This document shows, one piece after another, positions 16,641 through 23,926 of a stretch of DNA of 36,940 nt. The position numbers and the translations under genes were made by a program. Numbering within the stretch: position 1 is the stretch's first letter; each line of letters opens with the position of its first letter. The DNA lies in contig JBKHJB010000003.1 of assembly GCA_046538345.1 (NCBI GenBank), forward strand, positions 1-36,940, written 5' to 3'. The DNA comes from Phycisphaerae bacterium (GTDB lineage: Bacteria; Planctomycetota; Phycisphaerae; SM23-33). Under the pieces are notes generated by a model. The model made no database searches. It was not told where the DNA came from and saw only the letters and a program-made list of their open reading frames with translations.

Positions 16641-16647
16641 AACAAAG

Positions 16648-16675
16648 ATTGTACCCGCCCGAACGAGGTGGACAA
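16648..16675 (-). promoter_or_regulatory. Sigma70 promoter giving a probably leaderless mRNA for the DUF547 lipoprotein
   Basis: Minus strand TTGTCC (16675-16670), 16 bp spacer, TACAAT (16653-16648), then 7 nt to the ATG. No Shine-Dalgarno sequence. Confidence 0.55.
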
Positions 16676-16687
16676 GCATTCCCGCAC

Positions 16688-18007
16688 ATGAAAGAACCGA
16701 AACGCAAAAGACGACTTACCCTGCTTGCCGGCATCTTGGGTGTGATAGCGGGGCTGGTGCTCTCCGTAGGTCTGGTCGGTAAATACCGGGTGCTTCCGCG
16801 AATCATCCGCTCGCGACTGCAGGACTCGGCCGGGGAATTCTGGGGCGGGCAGTTCAGCGTCGGCGAGGTTGACTTCCGCTATTTTTCGGCCACCCGTCTG
16901 CGCGACATAACGCTGCGCGACGCCGCCGGAAGGGACTGGCTGCGCGCCGGGGAGGTCCGCGTGGAAGTGACCGACGCCATGCGTAAACCCCGCATCGAGG
17001 CGGTGGAAATTGACTCCCTGGAGCTTATCGCCCAGTGCACGAACGGACGATGCCGCCCACCGCTGAAAGAGCTGTCCGAGGACTTTCGCCGGCTGCTGCG
17101 GCAGGTTCGGAACTTCGAGACCCGGGACGTTCGCATTCTGCGTAGTGACGACGGCGGTCCGGAGCGACTGCTGGCGCGTCTGGATTTTCGCGCCGCGGCG
17201 GACGGCGAACTGAGACGCGCCGTCGCCCGCGCCGGGACCGAAGATTCCCGCTCGCTTCGGATGACCTTCCATGCCCGCCCCCTCGACGACCGCAGATGGA
17301 ATGTCAGCCAGGGCCGGGCCTACCTGAACGGCGACGAGCTTATCCACAGCGCGGAGATGGTCGTCGAAATCTCCGACGAGGGCGTCGAGGTCGACAACAT
17401 GGAGGCGGACTTCTGTAACGGCCGACTCACCGCCACTGGCCGCGGCTTCGTCGCCCCCGACGGATGCATGGAATATCGGGCAGACGTCAACATACACGAC
17501 TCGTCGCCCGAACTGCTGGCTCAAGCGATGGGCTGGGGCGAGTTGCCCGCGGGCACAGCGGACGCTTCGGTGAAGTTCCACGGCGGCGCCGGGGGGCTTG
17601 ATACGCTGCGGGGACTGGGAAGCGTCGATCTGAGGGATATGGCCTTCCAGCACGCTGGCGGCTTCGCCGACATCCGCCGACGACTGGGCCTTTCGTCCGG
17701 CTGGGAGCAATGCGACTTCCAGGTGGAGTTCCTGCTGACCGGTCCAATAGTCACCGTCCGCAACGGGACCCTGACCGCCGCGGGGGTGACCGCCCGCATC
17801 CAGCCCGGCGGAACCATAGACCTGCTCAGCCGGGAGCTGGATTTTTACGTGACGGCTTCAGCAAAGGGCTACCTGTCGGAACTCGACTTTCTCCCCTCCG
17901 CACAGGCGGTGTCGAAGCTCTACGGAAAGCTCACAAGACAGCGGGTAAGAGGACGCTGGGACCGCCTGGAAGGACTGCGCATCACGCCGGCTCCGCTGCA
18001 ACGCTAA
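16688..18007 (+). CDS. AsmA-like protein with N-terminal membrane anchor (439 aa)
   Basis: Basic N-terminus plus one TM helix, then alternating beta-strand patterns (ADFCNGRLTATG, LRGLGSVDLRD, GGTIDLLSRELDFYV, RVRGRWD) typical of AsmA C-terminal regions. Confidence 0.6.
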   Translation: MKEPKRKRRLTLLAGILGVIAGLVLSVGLVGKYRVLPRIIRSRLQDSAGEFWGGQFSVGEVDFRYFSATRLRDITLRDAAGRDWLRAGEVRVEVTDAMRKPRIEAVEIDSLELIAQCTNGRCRPPLKELSEDFRRLLRQVRNFETRDVRILRSDDGGPERLLARLDFRAAADGELRRAVARAGTEDSRSLRMTFHARPLDDRRWNVSQGRAYLNGDELIHSAEMVVEISDEGVEVDNMEADFCNGRLTATGRGFVAPDGCMEYRADVNIHDSSPELLAQAMGWGELPAGTADASVKFHGGAGGLDTLRGLGSVDLRDMAFQHAGGFADIRRRLGLSSGWEQCDFQVEFLLTGPIVTVRNGTLTAAGVTARIQPGGTIDLLSRELDFYVTASAKGYLSELDFLPSAQAVSKLYGKLTRQRVRGRWDRLEGLRITPAPLQR

Positions 18008-18182
18008 GGCGACGACATGTGGAACATGCTGCCGCTCTCGACCCGCAGCTCCAACGGCGCCGGACAGGACGTCGGCGACCGGCTCTGCGAACACCTGGAG
18101 TCTGCGACAGTCCGCCTGAAGTAGGAACCGCAGAGCCACGGGCAATAACAGCGCCCACCGTGCCAATGCGCAAACCGCGATA

Positions 18183-19988
18183 TCAGAGTCCCGGACGCTT
18201 GGACGCCTCCAGCCATCGCATGCGGTCGCGGGCCAAACGGTGATATGGGCTGGGCGGACCGGCCAGGACCAGGCGGAAATACTCCCGCGGGTCTTTCAGG
18301 TCCGGGTTCAGTACCAGCTCGGGGGTCTCCGAGGTACGCATCGCGATCATTCCCAGGAGATAGTTTGCCTCTATCGCGGCGTCCGTGGGTTTTCCCTCGG
18401 CAAGCCATATCAGCATCTCGGCCCGCTGGTAGGGGTCGCGGATGTGCCTGGCAACGGCGAGCTTGAGGTTGTCGCCCAGGGGGGTGTCCTCGTACTTGCC
18501 TGCGAGTTCCTTCAATCGCTGGGTGTGATCCCGCTTGAGCGGGTTCAGGGAGGTATACTCTCCCAGCGCACGGGCGGCTTTGGGCTCGTTAAAGGCGTTG
18601 TTCTGCTCCATCAACCACCGCAGGCGCTCAACCGCGAGCAGCGCCTCGGCATAGTACCGCTGCGAGGGGATGCTCGGATGGGGCATGAAAAGTCCGTTGT
18701 GCGGCTCGGCCCATTGCAGCGGCAGGGCTTCGGGGAACAGCGAGCTAAGCCCTTCGTAAGCCCGGCTGAGGTGCTCGTCGGCGCGGGAGACGACCGCAAG
18801 GGGTTCGTCGGCGTCGGCCGCCTCCGCCAGCGACAGAACGCCCAGCCGCCACCTCGCCAACGCCGCGTGGGCGCTTCCGGGATGCTCGTCAATCAGCCGC
18901 CGCCAATGGGAACGGGACCTCGGCAACGGATGAGACGCCGAGAACCGCACCAATCGCCGCTCGGCGTCCAGCGCCTGTTCGTCGAGCTGCAAGCTCGCCG
19001 ACTGGGCCTTTATCCACAGCACCACCGGCTTACGGTCACTGTCGCCATGAGTCGTCAGAAACTCGTCGCACTGTTGCGACAGGGCGCGCCTGCGGCGGAC
19101 AAGCTCGTCTTCCAGCAGGTTCCATATCGCGCGTTCACTCTGCACGACGATGTCGTTGTGATCAATCCACGCGTTCAACGGTACGGGCTGGAAAAGTGCG
19201 TCGCCCGGCGCCAGGCGACCCTCCTTCTGAGGCGGATTTACTATCATCGCGTAGGCGAGTTCGTCGGCGCCTATCTTCAGGTGGAAGATGGTCATTGGCG
19301 GCGCCAACAGCACCGCCAGCACCGGCCAGACCACGCCGGGGCGAAAGCCCGTCACACGAGCCAGCGACAGCACCACCGCCGCGGAGACCGCCACCAGCAC
19401 CAGGGCGATGAGTATCGGCATGCTCAGCAACCATCGCTGGACCGGCAACACCGATGCCTCGTCCAGCCCCACGAAGCTGATCGCCAGCAGGAAAGCCGCC
19501 ACCGGCGCCATGCCCAGCAGCACCGCCAGAAAGGGCAGATCGCTTCGCAGCGGCGTGTACGCCGCCAGCACACAACCCAACGCCACAACCAGCGCCAGCA
19601 CAGGGGAATGCCCCACGGCCGCTATGACCACAACAAAGACGGCCGCGAAGACCAGACGATACAGCACCGAGACGATCAGCGGCACGAACAGCACCACCGC
19701 CAGCACCAATCCCCAGACGAGGATCATCCACGGGTGCGTCAGGATGCTCAACGGGTGCAGCAGCATTTCGCTGAGCGTCATGACAGCGTCGTGACGGTAC
19801 TCAGCGAGGCCGAATCGACTCCAATGCCCCGTAGCCAGATACCGCCAGAACACGTTGACCACGACGAAACCGGCCAGGTTTATGAGCAGAAACAGCCCCG
19901 TACGCAGGGGTCGCGTGCGCCGCAACAAGGGCTTCGCCCCGCGGTGGTGGTCGAACGGCTTCGCGATGTTTCGTGCTCTGGCGGCCAT
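18183..19988 (-). CDS. Hypothetical polytopic membrane protein with C-terminal TPR-like helical domain
   Basis: About 7 hydrophobic helices in the first ~240 aa. C-terminal segments such as LIDEHPGSAHAALARWRLG, KYEDTPLGDN and AIEANYLLG. GGAG RBS; 27 bp downstream of pdxA. Confidence 0.75.
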   Translation of the reverse strand: MAARARNIAKPFDHHRGAKPLLRRTRPLRTGLFLLINLAGFVVVNVFWRYLATGHWSRFGLAEYRHDAVMTLSEMLLHPLSILTHPWMILVWGLVLAVVLFVPLIVSVLYRLVFAAVFVVVIAAVGHSPVLALVVALGCVLAAYTPLRSDLPFLAVLLGMAPVAAFLLAISFVGLDEASVLPVQRWLLSMPILIALVLVAVSAAVVLSLARVTGFRPGVVWPVLAVLLAPPMTIFHLKIGADELAYAMIVNPPQKEGRLAPGDALFQPVPLNAWIDHNDIVVQSERAIWNLLEDELVRRRRALSQQCDEFLTTHGDSDRKPVVLWIKAQSASLQLDEQALDAERRLVRFSASHPLPRSRSHWRRLIDEHPGSAHAALARWRLGVLSLAEAADADEPLAVVSRADEHLSRAYEGLSSLFPEALPLQWAEPHNGLFMPHPSIPSQRYYAEALLAVERLRWLMEQNNAFNEPKAARALGEYTSLNPLKRDHTQRLKELAGKYEDTPLGDNLKLAVARHIRDPYQRAEMLIWLAEGKPTDAAIEANYLLGMIAMRTSETPELVLNPDLKDPREYFRLVLAGPPSPYHRLARDRMRWLEASKRPGL

Positions 19989-20015
19989 CGTGTGCGGCTC
20001 CGTCGCCGATACGAC

Positions 20016-21035
20016 TCAGGGAGCGCCGGCTCTGGTGCGTCGCGACGCCAGGTCGATAGCCAGATGCATCGCCGCCGACATGCTGCCCGCGTCGGCGATG
20101 TTCTTTCCGGCTATGTCGAACGCGGTGCCGTGGTCCGGAGAGGTGCGCACCACCGGAAGACCCAGCGTCAGGTTCACCGCCTCGCGCCAGGCCAGCAGCT
20201 TCACCGGTATCAGTCCCTGGTCATGGTACATCGCGACCACGCAGTCGTACTTACCCTCGGCCGCCTTGATGAACAGCGTGTCGGCGGGAAAGGGACCTTC
20301 CACATTTATGCCGTTCTCCTGGGCCATCAGGACCGCCGGTGCAATGACCCGCGTTTCCTCGTCGCCGAACTGCCCCGCTTCGCCGGCATGGGGGTTCAGA
20401 CCGCAGACGGCCAGTTTCGGACGCGCCACGGCGAACCAATCCCGCAGCGCCTGGTCGGCAAGCTCTATCGGGTTGAATACGCAACCTATCGTCAGTACGT
20501 CGCGTATCTCCATCAGACCAAGGTGTATCGTCGCCAGCACGACTTTCAGCGGCCTGGAAACGAACATCATCGCTACGTGGCGGACGTTGAACTTGTCTTT
20601 CAGAAGCTCGGTATGACCGGGGTATTTGCGGTATCGCGCCTTCTTCCACGACTCCTTGGAAATGGGCGCGGTGACGATGGCATCGAGCAATCCCTCCTTG
20701 GCCGCATCAATGGCGCCGCGGCAGAATGCCATGGACGCCTGTCCGCCCAGCCGGCTCGGACCACGCGCCATCGAAACCGGCAGCGCCAGATCGTCGTAGT
20801 CCAGCACCACCAGGTCCCGCGCGCATCTGCGGATATTCTCGTGGTGGTCGCGATGCAGCGGAAGGTTCAACTCCAGGGAGTCGGCGGTGTATTCAATCTG
20901 CTCGCTGAAGCCGAAAATAAGGAACCGGGCGCGGCGGCGGAGCTGTTCGTCTCCAAGCGCCTTGACGATAATCTCCGCCCCGACTCCCGCCGGGTCGCCC
21001 ATCGTCACGCCGATTGTCGGACGCTCGTTGTCCAT
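20016..21035 (-). CDS. pdxA: 4-hydroxythreonine-4-phosphate dehydrogenase
   Basis: Motifs TMGDPAGVGAE, TAPISKE, PGHTE, LNPHAGE, MYHDQGLIP, RTSPDHGTAFDIAGK. Confidence 0.97.
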   Translation of the reverse strand: MDNERPTIGVTMGDPAGVGAEIIVKALGDEQLRRRARFLIFGFSEQIEYTADSLELNLPLHRDHHENIRRCARDLVVLDYDDLALPVSMARGPSRLGGQASMAFCRGAIDAAKEGLLDAIVTAPISKESWKKARYRKYPGHTELLKDKFNVRHVAMMFVSRPLKVVLATIHLGLMEIRDVLTIGCVFNPIELADQALRDWFAVARPKLAVCGLNPHAGEAGQFGDEETRVIAPAVLMAQENGINVEGPFPADTLFIKAAEGKYDCVVAMYHDQGLIPVKLLAWREAVNLTLGLPVVRTSPDHGTAFDIAGKNIADAGSMSAAMHLAIDLASRRTRAGAP

Positions 21036-21049
21036 CGCCTTCCGCCGAT

Positions 21050-21691
21050 TCAGGCAAAACCTTGTTCCTTGAGCTTCTCCAGTGTCAGACCGCCGGTCGC
21101 GTGGGAAAGCCCCTCGAGATACCGGCGGACGTACTTGCCCAGAATGTCCGTCTCAACGTTCACCTTCTCGCCGACTTCCAGCCCGCCAAGTGTGGTCTGC
21201 TCCAGGGTCGTCGGTATAAGCGCCACCGCGAACGTGTCTCCGGTAACCTCCGTGAGAGTAAGGGAGACGCCATCGACCGCGACCGAACCTTTCGGGACCA
21301 TCCATCCGGCGAGGTCCCTGCTCGTCGAGAAGACCATTTTCCACGGCTCGGCGCGGTGGATGTCCGCGACAGCCGCGACACCGTCAACGTGGCCCTGCAC
21401 GATGTGCCCGTCGAGCCGCCCGGACGTGCTCAATGCCGGCTCGAGGTTGACACGGTCACCGGCCCGCAGATCCGACAACGTCGTGCTGGACAGCGTCTCG
21501 GATCCGACGTCAAATTCCACGCCCGGCGGGTCGATCGCCGCGGCGGTCAGGCACACGCCCGAGACCGAAACGCTCTCACCGTATCCCAGTTCCGTCGCCA
21601 CGGGACCGCAGTCCACGCGCAGGCGACGACGCCCTTCGGCGTCGCTTACGCTCTCGACGGTTCCCACATGTCGCACGATTCCGGTGAACAT
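21050..21691 (-). CDS. ribE: Riboflavin synthase (alpha chain)
   Basis: N-terminal MFTGIV, GVCLT, VNLE, GHIVQGHVD, KGSVAVDGVSLT, VNVETDILGKY. Confidence 0.97.
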   Translation of the reverse strand: MFTGIVRHVGTVESVSDAEGRRRLRVDCGPVATELGYGESVSVSGVCLTAAAIDPPGVEFDVGSETLSSTTLSDLRAGDRVNLEPALSTSGRLDGHIVQGHVDGVAAVADIHRAEPWKMVFSTSRDLAGWMVPKGSVAVDGVSLTLTEVTGDTFAVALIPTTLEQTTLGGLEVGEKVNVETDILGKYVRRYLEGLSHATGGLTLEKLKEQGFA

Positions 21692-21773
21692 GAACTTTCA
21701 TGCTAGGTCCGCCGCCTGCCCGCGCCAAACAAATCCGCCCCGTCATGGCGCGGACGCGGGGCGGTCTTTTCCG

Positions 21774-21779
21774 TATAAT
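21774..21779 (+). promoter_or_regulatory. -10 element (TATAAT) for the moxR operon
   Basis: Perfect TATAAT ending 35 bp upstream of the GTG start, followed by an AAAGGA RBS. No clear -35 element. Confidence 0.45.
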
Positions 21780-21814
21780 GGCCAAAGTAGCCGGATATCG
21801 GGAAAGGACAGCGG

Positions 21815-22750
21815 GTGGAAATACAGGACGAAAAGCTGCGAAAGCTCCCGGACGCCATCGAGAAGGTCCTGCTGGGCAAACGCGACGTCGTGCGGCGGGT
21901 CCTGGTGGCTCTGCTGGCGCAGGGACACGTATTGCTGGAGGATGCGCCCGGTGTCGGCAAGACGGTGCTGGCGAGGGCGGTCGCCAAAAGCATCGACTGC
22001 CGCTTCAGCCGAATCCAGCTTACGCCGGATTTGCTGCCCAGCGACATACTCGGCGTGAGCGTGTACGACGCGGACACCGGGCAGTTCGTCTTCAAGCGCG
22101 GGCCTCTGTTCGCGCACATCGTGCTGGCCGATGAAATCAACCGCACCACGCCCCGCACGCAAAGCGCCCTGCTGGAGGCGATGAACGAATCGCAGGTAAC
22201 GGCCGACGGGAATACCTATCCGCTCGGACCGCCGTTCATGGTCCTGGCGACACAGAACCCCTACGAGTACGAGGGCACCTACTTCCTTCCGGAGAACCAG
22301 CTCGACAGGTTCATGCTCCTCGTACGCATCGGGTATCCGGACACCGAGACCGAGCGGGAGATTCTGCGAACCCAGCCGTCGCAGACCCGCCTCGCGAACA
22401 TGGAGCCGGTGATGGGCATCGATGAATTACTTACCTGGCAGAAGCGCGTGGGCGAAGTGCGTCTGAGCGAGCCGATTACCGACTACATCCTCGCCATTGC
22501 CGAGGCCACCCGCCGCAATGACGAGTTGAATATCGGGCTTTCCCCGCGCGGGTCGTTGGCGCTTATGCGCGCCGCCCAGGCGTCCGCCCTGCTTGACGGT
22601 CGCGACTACGTTGTGCCCGACGACGTTCGCGACCTGGCCGTCAGCGTCTGCTCGCATCGCCTGATGAGCAGATCTCTGACGCAGGACGGTTCGTCCGGCA
22701 CCGAAGCGCTGTTCGAGAAGATTCTCGAGACGGTCCCCGTTCCGCAGTAA
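21815..22750 (+). CDS. MoxR family AAA+ ATPase
   Basis: Motifs HVLLEDAPGVGKT, RIQLTPDLLPSDILG, LADEINRTTPRTQSALLEAM, ATQNP, QLDRF, SPRG. Confidence 0.96.
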   Translation: MEIQDEKLRKLPDAIEKVLLGKRDVVRRVLVALLAQGHVLLEDAPGVGKTVLARAVAKSIDCRFSRIQLTPDLLPSDILGVSVYDADTGQFVFKRGPLFAHIVLADEINRTTPRTQSALLEAMNESQVTADGNTYPLGPPFMVLATQNPYEYEGTYFLPENQLDRFMLLVRIGYPDTETEREILRTQPSQTRLANMEPVMGIDELLTWQKRVGEVRLSEPITDYILAIAEATRRNDELNIGLSPRGSLALMRAAQASALLDGRDYVVPDDVRDLAVSVCSHRLMSRSLTQDGSSGTEALFEKILETVPVPQ

Positions 22751-22765
22751 TACAGGTGCGATGCC

Positions 22766-23926
22766 ATGAGCCGCAACAATCGGTCACGGTACAGCCAAGT
22801 TCGGCTCCGTCTGACACGGCCCGGCTGGGTGGTGGCTTTTCTGGCAGTGTTCCTGCTGTTGGCGTCGGTGCGGACGCAGCAGTCCATGGTCTTTGTAATA
22901 TTGGGGGCGTTCGCCGGAGCGCTGGTGGCTTCGGGAATACTCGCCTCGCGAATGGTCAAAGGCGCCTCCGTGCACCGCGACGCACCCGACCGCATCTGGC
23001 AGAATCAACCAGTGCACCTGGGCTACTTCGTTCACAACGAGCGTCGCCGAGGGTCGGCACTGGGACTGGGCGTGGAGGAAGTCACCCCCGAGGGACTCGC
23101 AGCGGCCGAGGGGTTCTGCGTACACCTTCCGCCGCGGGCGACGTTCCGCGCCGGGGCGCGATTCGCCGCAAAGCGTCGGGGACGATTGGTCCTCCACGGA
23201 GTCCGCGTCAAGACAGTCTTCCCGTTCGGTCTTATAGCGGCCGGGCGCGACTCGCCTCTGCATCGCGAGATAATAGTCTGGCCCGAACGGGGACGACTTA
23301 AGACCAACCTGCTTCATCGAGGCGCCACGCAGACCTCGGCCAAGCCGCCCAGTCGCTCCAGCGGCGGACAGGACGAATTCTTCGGACTGCGGGAATACCG
23401 ACAGGGGGACAGTCCGCGGTGGATTCATTGGCGACGTTCAGCGTCTCGTCGCGTGCCGGTCGTTCGGGAAATGGCCCAGCCGCTGCCGGAACTGCTCTGG
23501 GTGGTCCTCGATACGCAGCGAAAAACGTACGACGACGACGCACGCGCGCGGGCGGAGCGGAACCTGCGATTCTGCGCGACGCTCGTGGAACAGGCCTTCG
23601 CCCGCGGCTACCAGGTGGGCCTTGCTATGGGCATGTCCACCGGACCGCTGATAATTACGCCGGCATCGGGACGAGGGCAGCGACGCCGTGTGCTGGACGC
23701 GCTGGCCGGCGCCGATGAGAACACCACCACCGAGCTGCGTTCCGTCATTGGCGGCCTGGACCCGCGCGGTATCCGTAACGCGCGCGTCGTCGCGGTAACC
23801 AGAACGTCCGACGGCATCATCTCCGGCGGCCAGACACTGCGCTACGCGCGTGAAGGTCTTACCGTCCTGCCGGAAGAGCAACTTGACGAAGTGTACGCCG
23901 ACCAGCATCGGCCGGAGGAAGGTTGA
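22766..23926 (+). CDS. DUF58 domain protein with N-terminal TM helices
   Basis: Motifs FPFGL and EFFGLREYRQGDSPRWIHWRRSA; directly follows moxR. Confidence 0.92.
   Translation: MSRNNRSRYSQVRLRLTRPGWVVAFLAVFLLLASVRTQQSMVFVILGAFAGALVASGILASRMVKGASVHRDAPDRIWQNQPVHLGYFVHNERRRGSALGLGVEEVTPEGLAAAEGFCVHLPPRATFRAGARFAAKRRGRLVLHGVRVKTVFPFGLIAAGRDSPLHREIIVWPERGRLKTNLLHRGATQTSAKPPSRSSGGQDEFFGLREYRQGDSPRWIHWRRSASRRVPVVREMAQPLPELLWVVLDTQRKTYDDDARARAERNLRFCATLVEQAFARGYQVGLAMGMSTGPLIITPASGRGQRRRVLDALAGADENTTTELRSVIGGLDPRGIRNARVVAVTRTSDGIISGGQTLRYAREGLTVLPEEQLDEVYADQHRPEEG

Noticed and set aside
428-21691. ribH and ribE about 20 kb apart as a sign of rearrangement or insertion
   Set aside because: Scattered rib genes are common, the intervening genes are mostly housekeeping, and no mobile-element boundary is seen.
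18240-22058. 1272-aa plus-strand ORF spanning several genes
   Set aside because: Antisense to the membrane protein, pdxA and ribE. The sequence is R/H/Q-rich with no motifs, as expected for stop-poor shadow frames in high-GC DNA.
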